Assembly (NCBI GenBank): GCA_965202805.1
Contig: OZ241869.1
Location: forward strand, 1,120,001-1,184,000
Length of the DNA stretch: 64,000 bases
Source: Longimicrobiales bacterium
Lineage (GTDB): Bacteria; Gemmatimonadota; Gemmatimonadetes; Longimicrobiales; Gaopeijiaceae
Direction: 5' to 3'
Both the position numbers and the translations under genes were made by a program. The notes beneath the pieces were generated by a model. It saw only the letters and a list, made by a program, of their open reading frames with translations. It had not been told where the DNA came from and did no database searches. Of the stretch, positions 19,821 through 32,793 are shown piece by piece (the first letter of the stretch is position 1; every line of letters starts with the position of its first letter).

Positions 19821-21023
19821 TCATCCACGGTCCGCCAGCAGGAGGAAGACCTCCTCCTGGGGGTCTGGCGTGGTCACTTCGGGTCCGTCCTCTGCGAGAT
19901 GGACGTCAACCTCGCTGCGCACGCCGATGTCGTCGGGGATGTAGATGCCCGGCTCTATGGAGAAGCCGACGCCGGGGAGGAGAAGGCGGGTGTCGCGCGT
20001 CTCCAGATTGTCGATGTTGGGGCCGCTGCCGTGAAGCTCGACATCGATGGAGTGCCCGGTCCGGTGGACGAAATGGCGTCCGTAGCCGCGTTTGCGGATG
20101 AGCTGTCGGCAGACGTCGTCGACCTCGTAGCCGCACACCTCGTCACCCGCCGCAACGCGCTCGCGCAGGAACTCGACGGCGGCGTCGCGGGCATCGCGCA
20201 CCGCCTCCCAGATCCTGCGGGTGCGGCGGGGGAGCCGGGCGCCCAGGTAGCCCATCCAGGTCTGGTCGGCCGGGATGTCCTCGGCGGTCGGCTTGCCCCA
20301 GAGGTCGATGAGCAGGAGGTCGCCGCGCCCGATCGGCTCGCCCTCGCCCACGGGTGCGTAGTGTGGATCGGCGGCGCGCGGGCCGATGGCGACGATGCAG
20401 TCCACCGCCTCGGCGAGACCCCCGTCGTTCAAGCGGGCGCGGATCCAGTCCGAGAGCGCGCCCTCGGTGGTGGGCTCCCCGGCCTTCACGGCGGCGGCGG
20501 CGCGCTCGAAGGCCTCGCGCGCGACGCGCGCCGTGGTGGCGGCGGAGCGGCGGTGGGTGGCCAATTGCTCGCCCGTCCAGCGCGAGTGGAAGAGCGACAC
20601 CAGGTCGCCCGAGCTCACCGGATCCACCCCCACGGCCCGCAGCAGCTCCATCATCCCGCCGGGAACCCGGTCCAGGTAGGGGATGGCCGAGCCCGGCGAG
20701 GTTTCGATGGCGAGGCGCGGGCGGCCGCGCACCAGATCGGCGAGCGCGGATTCCATCTCGCGCCATGACGAATAGATCCGCTTGCGCCAGGGCCAGTGGC
20801 GCCACGACGACCCCTCGATGGCGTGGATCAGCGCAACCGGATCGCCCCGGTCCGGCACCAGCGTGAAGGAGCGGCGCGTGTTCCACCCGAGCCCGACCAT
20901 CGAGGCCGCGATCGGGTTCTGGCCGTGGAACTCGAAGAGCAGCCAGCCGTGCAGCCTCATGTCGGCGAGCGCCGCCTGCACCTGCTCGACGCCTTCCCGG
21001 GTCAGAAGGGGGCTATCGGCCAA
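19821..21023 (-). CDS. M24 family Xaa-Pro aminopeptidase-like protein
   Basis: ADPHY, LLIDLWGK, ADQTW, HRTGHSID, FSIEPGIY, GVRSE; TTG start with GGAGGA RBS. Confidence 0.9.
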   Translation of the reverse strand: MADSPLLTREGVEQVQAALADMRLHGWLLFEFHGQNPIAASMVGLGWNTRRSFTLVPDRGDPVALIHAIEGSSWRHWPWRKRIYSSWREMESALADLVRGRPRLAIETSPGSAIPYLDRVPGGMMELLRAVGVDPVSSGDLVSLFHSRWTGEQLATHRRSAATTARVAREAFERAAAAVKAGEPTTEGALSDWIRARLNDGGLAEAVDCIVAIGPRAADPHYAPVGEGEPIGRGDLLLIDLWGKPTAEDIPADQTWMGYLGARLPRRTRRIWEAVRDARDAAVEFLRERVAAGDEVCGYEVDDVCRQLIRKRGYGRHFVHRTGHSIDVELHGSGPNIDNLETRDTRLLLPGVGFSIEPGIYIPDDIGVRSEVDVHLAEDGPEVTTPDPQEEVFLLLADRG

Positions 21024-21128
21024 GGGGTCCTCCGGTCGGGGGTTGAGCTGCGGCGCGGAATCCTCATCGCGGGAGATGACGTCCGGCCAGGGTCTGCGAG
21101 CCGCGGCGAAGCGCGCCACGGGCCGCCA

Positions 21129-21157
21129 ATAGTAGGAACGCCGCGCGGGCGATTCAA
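21129..21157 (-). promoter_or_regulatory. Putative sigma70 promoter for the M24 peptidase/priA unit
   Basis: TTGAAT-17 nt-TACTAT on the minus strand. Confidence 0.55.
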
Positions 21158-21217
21158 TGCTCGATCCGGGTCCCGTCCCCGGTGAGTTCCCGGCGACCAC
21201 CGGCTGGCATAACAGCC

Positions 21218-21298
21218 GTGCCCGGGATGATGCCGGTCGTGTGCCCGGAGTGATACTATTCGGACCAGCCAGTTGATACTATCGACATCTGCGTGATG
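21218..21298. repeat. Degenerate ~23-bp periodic direct repeats
   Basis: TGAT[AG] at 21228, 21251, 21274, 21294; gtgcccgg at 21218 and 21241; tgatactat at 21251 and 21274. Confidence 0.45.
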
Positions 21299-21322
21299 CG
21301 GCCGGTTTCGGATCGCGGCTCG

Positions 21323-22302
21323 CTACCGCGACGCGTCCAATCCCGCCAGTGCCTGAATGACCGCCACCGCCCCGTCACCGGTCCGGGCGGGATCGTACCC
21401 TCCCTCGAGCAGGGCCACGACCCGGCCGCCGGCGTGTGCGGACGCCAGGTCCATGACGCGGCAGGTCATGCGGTGGAAGTCCTCCGGTTCGAGCAGCATC
21501 CCGCCGAGCGGATCGCCGGCCATGGCGTCGAACCCGGACGAGATCAGGACGAAATCGGGCTCAAAACCGGCCACGACCTTCGCCAGGGCCTCGTCGAACA
21601 CCTCGTGCCAGGTCGTCCGGGGGGTGGCTGCGCGCAGCGGCAGGTTGAGCGTGGCGCCGCGACCGGCGCCGCTGCCGCGCTCGTGGAAGGCGCCCGTGCC
21701 CGGGTAGTGGGGCGACTGATGGAGAGACAGATAGAATACCGTCCCGTCCTCGTAGAAGATGTCCTGGGTGCCGTTCCCGTGGTGCACGTCCCAGTCGACG
21801 ATCAGCACCCGCTCGGCGAGCCCGCGGGCCTGCAGGTGGCGCGCCGCGACGGCCACATGGTTGAACAGGCAGAAGCCCATGGCGCAGTCGGCGGTGGCGT
21901 GATGGCCGGGCGGCCGGCTGGCCACGAAGGCGGTCGCGGCCGTGCCGGCCGCGACCGCCTCGGCCGCCGTGATCACCGCGCCCGCGCTCCCGGTCGCCGC
22001 GCCCCAGGAGGCCGGGGAGACCACCGTGTCCGGGTCGAGCCGCACCAGCCCCTCCTCGCGCGAGCGCGCCACCGCCCGCCGGACGCGCCGCACGTGGTCG
22101 GCGGTGTGCACCCGGAGCAGTTCCTCCCCGGTGGCCGGGCGCGCGTCGCGCTGTTCCACCCGGTCGTGGAGGGTGAGCAGGTTGCGGCCCACCGTGGACG
22201 CCAGGGCGCGCAGGCGACCCTGGTGTTCGGGATGCCCCCACCCGGTGTCGTGCAGGGGGGCGTCGGGGTGGAGGTAGAAGGCGGTGGGCGCCCGGCCGAC
22301 CA

Positions 22303-22303
<1 letters not shown>
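21323..22303 (-). CDS. Histone deacetylase family / acetylpolyamine amidohydrolase-like
   Basis: GHPEHQGRL, RPPGHHA, GFCLFN, DWDVHHGNGT, SSGFD, LEGGY; TGATG overlap with the carB stop. Confidence 0.92.
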
Positions 22304-25624
<3,321 letters not shown>

Positions 25625-25632
<8 letters not shown>

Positions 25633-25747
25633 GTTCGGCTTCTGACTTCTCCGATTCCGTGCGCACGGCCTTGGAGAGCACCAGGGCGAAGCCGCCCCAA
25701 ACGAACGCGCCGATCACGATCATCGTGACCCAGGTAGCCGTCGTCAA
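25625..25747 (-). CDS. 40-aa single-TM protein resembling MetS-type NSS transporter small subunit
   Basis: (TTG)[36 protein letters not shown] motif at the TM end; GGAG upstream; overlaps the carB start. Confidence 0.6.
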
Positions 25748-25793
25748 AGAGTGGGCTCCAGCGAGGGGAGGAAGGGTGAGATGAGGTCCCCGT

Positions 25794-25822
25794 AAACTGA
25801 TTGCGCGCCCGGCCGTAAGCAA
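25794..25822 (-). promoter_or_regulatory. Putative promoter for small protein-carB-HDAC
   Basis: TTGCTT-17 nt-CAGTTT on the minus strand. Confidence 0.35.
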
Positions 25823-25904
25823 CCCGGCGCCCGCGCCCCCCTGCGACAGGCTGAGCGCAGTTCCGGGTGGGGGTCGAGACCTCGCCTCGCACACGGGCCG
25901 GGGA

Positions 25905-26498
25905 CTACGCCCCCCGCGCACGCCGGCGCGCCGCCTGGTCCTCCGCGCGCACCTCGAGCACGTCGGCGACCGCGCGCATCCCGTCAATGACGTTCTGGAT
26001 GTGCTGGGGCCGCGGGATGCCGATGAGCTCGACCCCGCGCGCGACTTCCCCGCGGTGCACCCCGGCGGCGAAGGACTTGTCCTTGAGTTTCTTGGTCACC
26101 GATTTGGGCTTCAGGTCGTCGATGCCGTTGGGGCGCACCAGGCAGCAGGCGTAGATCAGGCCGCTCAGCTCGTCGCAGGCGCACAGGACCTTGTCGAGGT
26201 CGGTCTCGGGCGGGACGTCGGTCAGGTCCGGGTATCCGTGCGCCAGCACGGCACGGATGACCTCCTCCGGGTAGCCGTCCTCGCGCAGGCGCGCGACCCC
26301 GCGGTGCGGATGCTCGTCCGGGTGCTTCTCCCAGTCCAGGTCGTGCAGGAGGCCGGCCAGGCCCCAGGTCTCCTCATCGGCTCCGTACCTGCGGGCGTAG
26401 AAGCGCACCGCGGCCTCCACCGCGTACATGTGCTTCCTGAGCCCCTCGTTGTCGACCCATTCGTGCAGCAGAGCTACGGCGTCCTGGCGGCTGGGCAT
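25905..26498 (-). CDS. HD/HDIG domain metal-dependent phosphohydrolase
   Basis: LRKHMYAVEA, GLLHDLD, AHG, ACDELSG, KLKDKSFAAGV. Confidence 0.88.
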   Translation of the reverse strand: MPSRQDAVALLHEWVDNEGLRKHMYAVEAAVRFYARRYGADEETWGLAGLLHDLDWEKHPDEHPHRGVARLREDGYPEEVIRAVLAHGYPDLTDVPPETDLDKVLCACDELSGLIYACCLVRPNGIDDLKPKSVTKKLKDKSFAAGVHRGEVARGVELIGIPRPQHIQNVIDGMRAVADVLEVRAEDQAARRRARGA

Positions 26499-26603
26499 CG
26501 GGCGTCGTCCTTGGTTGGGGCGGGATGGCTGTTGAATCGGATGGCCGGCACTGGTCCGGAACGCTGTCCGGCGCGGGCGCGTGGCAGTGATCGCGGCGTT
26601 GCG

Positions 26604-27251
26604 TCACACGCTCGAAGAAGGGCACAGGCGCGACAGCGCGCACTTCTCGCAGCGGGGCTTGCGGGCCGCGCACACCTGGCGCCCGTGGAAGATCAGGAGA
26701 TGGGCGAGCAGTGTCCAGCGCTCGCGCGGGAAGAGCTTCATGAGGTCGCGTTCGATGCGCACGGGATCCGGGTAGCGGGTGAAGCTCATGAGGTTGGCGA
26801 GGCGCTTCACGTGCGTGTCCACGACCACCCCTTCGTCGATGCCGAAAGCGTTTCCGAGGATGACGTTGGCGGTCTTGCGGCCGATGCCCGGGAGTGCCAC
26901 CAGCTCCTCCATGGTGCGCGGAAGTTCGTTTCCGTGTTTCTCGGCAACCACGGTGGCCATGCCGATCAGGTTCTTCGCCTTGTTGCGGAAGAACCCGGTC
27001 GAGTGGATGAGCTTCTCCAACTCGCTCTGCCGCGCCCCGGCCAGGTCCAGCGCCTCCGGATAGCGCTCGAAGAGGGCGGGCGTGACCTTGTTGACCCGTG
27101 CGTCGGTGCACTGCGCGGAGAGGATGGTCGCGACCGCGAGCTCGTACGGGTTGCGGTGGTGGAGAGCGCAGTGGGCATCCGGGTAGCACTCGACGAGCAA
27201 CTCGTAGATGCGCGCGGCCCGCTCCTTTCTGGCCTTCACCGACTCTCTCAT
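26604..27251 (-). CDS. nth: Endonuclease III
   Basis: ILSAQCTD, HhH LPGIGRKTAN, VVDTHV, Fe-S motif CAARKPRCEKCALSRLCP. Confidence 0.97.
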   Translation of the reverse strand: MRESVKARKERAARIYELLVECYPDAHCALHHRNPYELAVATILSAQCTDARVNKVTPALFERYPEALDLAGARQSELEKLIHSTGFFRNKAKNLIGMATVVAEKHGNELPRTMEELVALPGIGRKTANVILGNAFGIDEGVVVDTHVKRLANLMSFTRYPDPVRIERDLMKLFPRERWTLLAHLLIFHGRQVCAARKPRCEKCALSRLCPSSSV

Positions 27252-27336
27252 GGCGCCCTCGCCGGTTTCGTGATTCGCGTCTGCGCGGACTCTCTCACCG
27301 CGGCGGTGCCGGTCGTGCCGTCGCGCCCGCCCGCCG

Positions 27337-28176
27337 TCATCCCGACTCCGCGGTCGTGATCAGCCGCCAGGGCAAGGTGCTCGCGAGGGGCGCGCGACCG
27401 GACGCGTCCGGATCGATGGCTCCCTCCGGCACCCCGGACCCGGCTTCACCCTTCGTGGGTGCGCCGGCTCGCAGCAACCCCCGTTCCAACTGCCGGAAGA
27501 GGCGCCCCGCGAGCTTGACCACCTCGCCGAGCGTCTCGATCGAGGAAAGCTCCTCGCCGCCCGGCAAGGTGCTTGCGAAGTCGTCGCCCTCCCGGCGCAC
27601 GGTCGCGGCAGCCCACCGGCTCGCCTCCTCCCCGGGGATCTCCGGGACCGGCATCACTCCGAGTCCGGGGCGGTCCGCCCGCATCCCGCTCGCCACCATG
27701 AGGTGCAGGCGGTGGGCGGGGGTCAGCACCCAGAAGAAGCCGTCGAGCGACTCGGCGGGGCCGCCCGCCTCGGGGCGCGCCCAGAACAGGTAGTGCGGCA
27801 ACTGCACGTAGCCCGCTCCGGCGGGAGCCGTGAAGGCCCAGTCCGCCGGCACCGGCGGCAGGCCGGCGCGCGTCACCTGGTGGGCGGCCTCGTTCCCGAG
27901 CAGGTACAGGTGTTCCCCGGCGCTCCAGAAATGGAAGGCGTGGAAGAGGATGACGCCGTATTGCACGAAGAGGACCGGATCCTCGTCTTCGATGCGGATG
28001 TCGGCGATCGTGCGCCCCGCCTGCTCCAGCATGCTGAAGGCGCCCGGGTCCCAGATGTCCGCGTCCCGGCGCTCCGCCTCCTCCCGGATCAACTCGAAGC
28101 GCTCCTCCGCGAAGGCGCGGCCCGGGAGAGCCATCTCGTACGGCGTGACGCGAGCGTACCGGTCGTGAATCCTCAT
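27337..28176 (-). CDS. Hypothetical protein
   Basis: 279-aa normal-composition ORF; ATGA overlap with the upstream gene. Confidence 0.65.
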   Translation of the reverse strand: MRIHDRYARVTPYEMALPGRAFAEERFELIREEAERRDADIWDPGAFSMLEQAGRTIADIRIEDEDPVLFVQYGVILFHAFHFWSAGEHLYLLGNEAAHQVTRAGLPPVPADWAFTAPAGAGYVQLPHYLFWARPEAGGPAESLDGFFWVLTPAHRLHLMVASGMRADRPGLGVMPVPEIPGEEASRWAAATVRREGDDFASTLPGGEELSSIETLGEVVKLAGRLFRQLERGLLRAGAPTKGEAGSGVPEGAIDPDASGRAPLASTLPWRLITTAESG

Positions 28177-28997
28177 CGGGGTCTGCCGGGCTTCCCGGGC
28201 TCCGGCGGCACCGGATTCACGCTGCGCCCGCGGGCGCCTTCACCCCTCTTCGCCCGACCCGGAGTGCGCGCGGCATCGGCACCCTCCGCCCGGCGCGCGA
28301 GCGCCTCCGACTCCCAGAGCTCCTCCGCCGGCCGCTTCAGGAACGCCTCCCACCATCGCCGCCGGCGCACCAGCACCAGCTGGAGTTCGCCCGGCCCGGC
28401 GTCGAGACCATCGATCCAGATGAAATGCGCGTCCCCCAGCCGCTCGGGCGCATCGATGCGAAAGACCTCGCCCCGCCAATCGAAACGCACCTCGCCGGCC
28501 CGCGCAAGCCGCTCCGCGGTCCACTCCTGCTCGATGAAGAAATCGGTCTCGACGCGGAAGACTCCGGGAGCGACCTCATCTCCCGACTGATAGTAGCAGG
28601 GATCGAAGTCGAGCCCCTCGCTCCGCTTGAACGACTCCTCCATGGCGTAGTCGACGCCGCCCAGTTCATCCTGATTCGCGAGCGACTCGAGGTGGTGCCG
28701 AAGCTCGTGGGTGAGCGTCTCCCACAGCTCGCCCTCCCAGTCGAAGCCGGGATCGAGCCGGGACAGCTCGCGAAACGATCCGTAGTAAAGGGCGACCACG
28801 GAGCGCGTGGTCTCGGGCCCCTGCCAGTCCGACGGGTAGGACTCCGTCGAGCACATGCCCAGCGTGTAGATGTGGGGAAAGACCGGATGCGGGAGGGCCT
28901 CCTGGCGGACCGAGAGCCCGTCCAGCCCGCTGGTGTACTCCTCCGGAATCTCGCGAAACGCGCGCCGGGCGGCCTTCTCGAACTCGCGAAACGTCAT
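28173..28997 (-). CDS. Zincin-like metallopeptidase family protein
   Basis: IPEEY..GL, YTLG, LYYGSF, ETLTHELRHH (HExxH). Confidence 0.75.
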   Translation of the reverse strand: MTFREFEKAARRAFREIPEEYTSGLDGLSVRQEALPHPVFPHIYTLGMCSTESYPSDWQGPETTRSVVALYYGSFRELSRLDPGFDWEGELWETLTHELRHHLESLANQDELGGVDYAMEESFKRSEGLDFDPCYYQSGDEVAPGVFRVETDFFIEQEWTAERLARAGEVRFDWRGEVFRIDAPERLGDAHFIWIDGLDAGPGELQLVLVRRRRWWEAFLKRPAEELWESEALARRAEGADAARTPGRAKRGEGARGRSVNPVPPEPGKPGRPR

Positions 28998-29036
28998 TCC
29001 CCTGCGGTATCCCGACACCCATCGGCAGGCCCGACG

Positions 29037-30494
29037 TCAACCGGCCGGACCGCCGCTCCCTCCCAGGGTCGTCCGCGTGATCCTCCTGTTGAGCATCCAA
29101 AGGATCAGAGTCACCACCGCCGCCTGGATGACCACGCTCCCGACGTTGTACGGGCTGAACAGCGTCCAGGTCTCCGCGAAGCTCTCGCCCCGGGCGCTCC
29201 ACAGGAACCACACCATGAGCACGACGGCCTCGACCATCACCAGCCGGATCGCCCAGTCCCACCAGGCACCGATGCGGATGTCGGAATCGCCCGTGTTGAT
29301 GAACTTGCGGCGCCACTCGGTCACCCCGTAGCGCACCACGGCGAAGGCGAAGAAGAAGCCCGAGAGCATCAGTCCGACGCCCCACACCCAGTCCTGGTTG
29401 TGGAAGAAGTCCATGTTGAGCGCGCTCGGGACGCCGCACAGCAGCGACGCGATGCCGACGATGGCCACAGCCCGCCCGCGCGGGATCCCTGCGTCGCGCA
29501 GAACCCGGCTGGCGAGCTCGATCATCGCCACCAGGCTCGTCCACGCCGCGAACACCAGCGCCAGGAAGAAGAGGATCATGAAGAACTGGCCGCCCGGCAT
29601 GCGCGCGAACAGCTGCGGCACCCAGATGAAGGTGATGCCCTCGTTCCCCGCCCCCACGATCTGGCTGGCGGCGTCCGGCATCACCGAGAAGACCGTGCAC
29701 AGCACCATGATGCCCGCCAGCAGCGACATGGAGTTGTTGCCGAAGCCGATCACGAAGGCGTTGAGCGCGGTGTCCTCGCGTTTTCGCATGTAGATCGCGT
29801 ACGTGAGCACCAGCCCCCATCCGGCGCCCGTGTCCCACGCGTTCTGGGTCAGCGCCTCGAGCCAGATGCGGTAGTCGGCCAGCTCGCTGAAGTTCGGGGT
29901 GAAGAGGAACGCGAGGCCGGCGGAGGCGCCCGGCAGCGTAAGGGCCCGGATGGCCAGCACGACCACCAGGATGATGAGGCTGGGGATCAGGAAGCGGGCG
30001 GCGGTCTCGATGCCCTTGACTCCCCGCGACACCACGAACACCCCCATGCCCAGGGCGATGGCGTGGGTGATCATCGCCGAAGGCGTGGCGGCGAAGGAGT
30101 TCCAGAAGGCGTCGGGCACTTCCGTGGGAATCTCGCGCGTGATGGAGGCCCACAGGAAGCGCAGCGTCCAGCCCATCACCACGCTGTAGTAGAACATGAT
30201 CGCGGCGGCCACCCAGGCGACCCAGGCGCCCATCCAACCGAATTTCGGCCCCAGGGTCTTGGCGAACGCGCCCACCGGCCCCTTGCGCACGGCCTTCCCC
30301 ATCCCGAACTCGAGGATGAGCAGCGGCACGGACCAGAGGAGCAGGAAGCACACCCACGCCACAAGGAAGTTGCCCCCGCCGTTGGTGGCCGCGATGCGCG
30401 GGAAGCGCCAGATGTTTCCGGTGCCGACCGCCATCCCCAGCATCGCCAGCAGCATGCCCCAGCGCGAGCTGAACACCTCTGACCTGGACGCCAT
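29037..30494 (-). CDS. Sodium-dependent transporter, NSS/SNF family
   Basis: FSSRWG..GMAVGTGNIWRFP, GGGNF, LEFGMG, YYSVVMGW; about 12 TM helices. Confidence 0.93.
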   Translation of the reverse strand: MASRSEVFSSRWGMLLAMLGMAVGTGNIWRFPRIAATNGGGNFLVAWVCFLLLWSVPLLILEFGMGKAVRKGPVGAFAKTLGPKFGWMGAWVAWVAAAIMFYYSVVMGWTLRFLWASITREIPTEVPDAFWNSFAATPSAMITHAIALGMGVFVVSRGVKGIETAARFLIPSLIILVVVLAIRALTLPGASAGLAFLFTPNFSELADYRIWLEALTQNAWDTGAGWGLVLTYAIYMRKREDTALNAFVIGFGNNSMSLLAGIMVLCTVFSVMPDAASQIVGAGNEGITFIWVPQLFARMPGGQFFMILFFLALVFAAWTSLVAMIELASRVLRDAGIPRGRAVAIVGIASLLCGVPSALNMDFFHNQDWVWGVGLMLSGFFFAFAVVRYGVTEWRRKFINTGDSDIRIGAWWDWAIRLVMVEAVVLMVWFLWSARGESFAETWTLFSPYNVGSVVIQAAVVTLILWMLNRRITRTTLGGSGGPAG

Positions 30495-30553
30495 CCGCTT
30501 CTCCCGTGTTCGGTCGTTCCCGCCTGCCTGCTGTCGCCGGGCTGCCCGGCGCC

Positions 30554-31891
30554 TCAGCGCGCGAGCCGTTCCCGCAGGTAGTCTATCACGCCGTCCGCGT
30601 TCACGCGCACCTGCTCCAGGGTGTCGCGGTCGCGCACCGTGACCGTTCCGTCCTCGTTGGTCCCGCCGTCGACGGTGATGCACCAGGGGGTGCCCGCCTC
30701 GTCCTGGCGGCGATAGCGGCGCCCGATGGATCCGGCCGCGTCGTAGAAGCTGGGGAGGGCCGCGGCCTTGAAGGCGTCGTTCAGCCGCGTCGCGAACTCG
30801 GGCATGCCGTCCTTGCGCACCAGCGGGAAGATCGCCGCCTTGACCGGGGCCAGGCGCGGGTGGATGCCGAGCACCGTGCGCTGCTGGCGCCCCACGTCCT
30901 GCTCGTAATACGCATCCGAGAGCACCATGAGCACCATGCGGTCGACCCCGGCGGCGGTCTCGATGACGTAGGGGATATAGCGGCCCCCGCCCCCGGGCTC
31001 CACGTAGCGCATCTTCTTGCCCGAGTACTGCTGGTGCCGGGAGAGGTCGAAGTCGGTGCGGTTGTGGATGCCCTCCAGTTCCTTCCAGCCGATGGGAAAC
31101 TCGTACTGGATGTCCACCGCCCGCTTCGCGTAGTGGGCCAGCTCGTCCGGTCCGTGCTCGCTGAAGCGGAGCGAATCGGCCCGGATGCCCAGCGTCCCGG
31201 TGTGGAACTCCATGCGCGCGTCGCGCCAGTGATCGAACCACTCCTCATCGGTTCCGGGCGTGACGAAGAACTGCATCTCGGCCTGCTCGAACTCGCGCGT
31301 GCGGAAGATGAAGTTGCCGGGCGTGATCTCGTTCCTGAACGCCTTGCCGATCTGGGCCACGCCGAAGGGGACCTTCTGGCGCGCGGTGGTCTGCACGTTG
31401 AGGAAGTTGACGTAGGAGCCCTGCGCCGTCTCGGGACGCAGGTAGACGGTGGCCGCGGCTTCCTCGACGGGCCCCATGAAGGTCTTGAACATCAGGTTGA
31501 AGAGCCGCGGTTCCCCGATCTCGCAGGCCTTGAAGGCGCCCGGAGCCTTGCTCGGCTTCCGGCCGCAGCGCGCGCCCTCCATTTCGTCGGCGCGAAAACG
31601 CTTCTTGCACGTCTTGCACTCCACCAGCGGATCGGTGAAGCCGTCGACGTGCCCCGACGCCTCCCACACGCGCGGATGCATGAGAATGGCCGCGTCGACG
31701 CCCTCGACGTCGTCGCGCTGGTGCACCATCGCGCTCCACCAGGCCTCCTTGATGTTGCGCTTGAGTTCGATGCCCAGCGGCCCGTAATCCCACACCGATC
31801 CGGTGCCGCCGTAGATCTCCGAAGACTGGAAGACGTACCCGCGACGCTTGGTCAGCGAGACGAGCTTGTCCATGCTATCCAGTTGAGGCAT
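30554..31891 (-). CDS. glyQS: Glycine--tRNA ligase (alpha2 type)
   Basis: SEIYGG, WDYGPLG, YLRPETAQG, FRNEITPGNFIFRTREFEQ, PYVIE, GSIGRRYRRQDEAGTP. Confidence 0.97.
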   Translation of the reverse strand: MPQLDSMDKLVSLTKRRGYVFQSSEIYGGTGSVWDYGPLGIELKRNIKEAWWSAMVHQRDDVEGVDAAILMHPRVWEASGHVDGFTDPLVECKTCKKRFRADEMEGARCGRKPSKAPGAFKACEIGEPRLFNLMFKTFMGPVEEAAATVYLRPETAQGSYVNFLNVQTTARQKVPFGVAQIGKAFRNEITPGNFIFRTREFEQAEMQFFVTPGTDEEWFDHWRDARMEFHTGTLGIRADSLRFSEHGPDELAHYAKRAVDIQYEFPIGWKELEGIHNRTDFDLSRHQQYSGKKMRYVEPGGGGRYIPYVIETAAGVDRMVLMVLSDAYYEQDVGRQQRTVLGIHPRLAPVKAAIFPLVRKDGMPEFATRLNDAFKAAALPSFYDAAGSIGRRYRRQDEAGTPWCITVDGGTNEDGTVTVRDRDTLEQVRVNADGVIDYLRERLAR

Positions 31892-32017
31892 ATCAGGTTG
31901 CACCTTGTTGGATCATGTTGGGCGGGAGATGTATCCGGCGTTGCGGTCCACGCAATCCGCAGGAGAGCCGGCCGGGATCCGGCATCTCGGCCGGGCGGCG
32001 GGCGCGGGTCGGGGCGG

Positions 32018-32046
32018 AATATCGGCAAGGCGCGGCGGAGCAGCAA
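32018..32046 (-). promoter_or_regulatory. Putative promoter for glyQS
   Basis: TTGCTG-17 nt-GATATT on the minus strand. Confidence 0.45.
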
Positions 32047-32058
32047 CCAACGGGCCTG

Positions 32059-32086
32059 TTGCTTCCATCCCAGGCCGGGCCATATT
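32059..32086 (+). promoter_or_regulatory. Putative promoter for nfuA, back-to-back with the glyQS promoter
   Basis: TTGCTT-16 nt-CATATT. Confidence 0.45.
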
Positions 32087-32207
32087 TCGTGGTTGACCGC
32101 TCGATGTCCAAACGCGCCCAACCGGCGCGGGCCTCGCCGGAGTGCAGGGGCGGTCTCGCCACGGGAACACGGAGCCGCAAGGCCCTTCACGCAAGGACGC
32201 TGAATCG

Positions 32208-32789
32208 ATGTTGACCTTCACCGACAAAGCCCGCGAAATGGTGCTCTCCTTCATGGGAGACGAGCCCGACGGAGAGCAGGCCCTGCGGGTGAAGATGGAT
32301 GGGAGCCCCGTTGCGCCCAGCTTCGAGTTGACGCTGGTAGGCAGCACGGACCGAGCGGACGACGACGTCACCATGGACGGAGGCGGGTTCACCGTGTTCG
32401 TGGACAGCGCCAGTGCTCCCAGACTGAAGGGCGCCACGGTCGACTTCATCGACGAGCTGAACCAGAGCGGGTTCGAGGTGAAGCCGTTGCCGGATGCCGA
32501 CGGCCGCGGTGCCGGAGCGCCCACGGGCCCGATCGCCGAGCGCGTGACCGACCTTCTGAATCGCCAGGTCAATCCGTCCATCGCCGCGCATGGCGGCGAG
32601 ATCAGGCTCGTCGATGTCCAGGACACCGAGATCTATCTCGAGATGATGGGCGGGTGCCAGGGATGTGCGATGTCGCGCCTGACGCTGCGTCAGGGTGTGG
32701 AGAAGATGATCCACCAATCCGTTCCCGAGGTGACCGCGATCCATGACATCACCGATCACCAGGCCGGGGAAAACCCGTTCTTCTCGTAG
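32208..32789 (+). CDS. nfuA: Fe-S cluster carrier NfuA (degenerate A-type domain plus NifU-C domain)
   Basis: LTFTDKA..VFVDSASAPRLKGATVDF; VNPSIAAHGG..MMGGCQGCAMS..DITDH..GENPF. Confidence 0.88.
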   Translation: MLTFTDKAREMVLSFMGDEPDGEQALRVKMDGSPVAPSFELTLVGSTDRADDDVTMDGGGFTVFVDSASAPRLKGATVDFIDELNQSGFEVKPLPDADGRGAGAPTGPIAERVTDLLNRQVNPSIAAHGGEIRLVDVQDTEIYLEMMGGCQGCAMSRLTLRQGVEKMIHQSVPEVTAIHDITDHQAGENPFFS

Positions 32790-32793
32790 GACG

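Noticed and set aside
17358..20768. 1136-aa plus-strand ORF and other long antisense or alternate-frame ORFs (516-2531, 10378-12324, 23233-25728, 38922-42059, 55228-57990)
   Set aside because: Shadow ORFs of high-GC genes; they overlap clearly identified genes and carry no recognisable motifs.
29037..31241. 734-aa version of the NSS transporter, and similar N-terminal extensions (9375-10721, 12333-13466, 21323-22447, 42483-44045)
   Set aside because: Extensions overlap upstream genes in another frame; family similarity begins at the internal starts used.
31895..32010. Possible T-box riboswitch upstream of glyQS (AAGGUGCAACC)
   Set aside because: The bulge should read UGGNACC but is UGCAACC; no Stem I features, and the leader is short.
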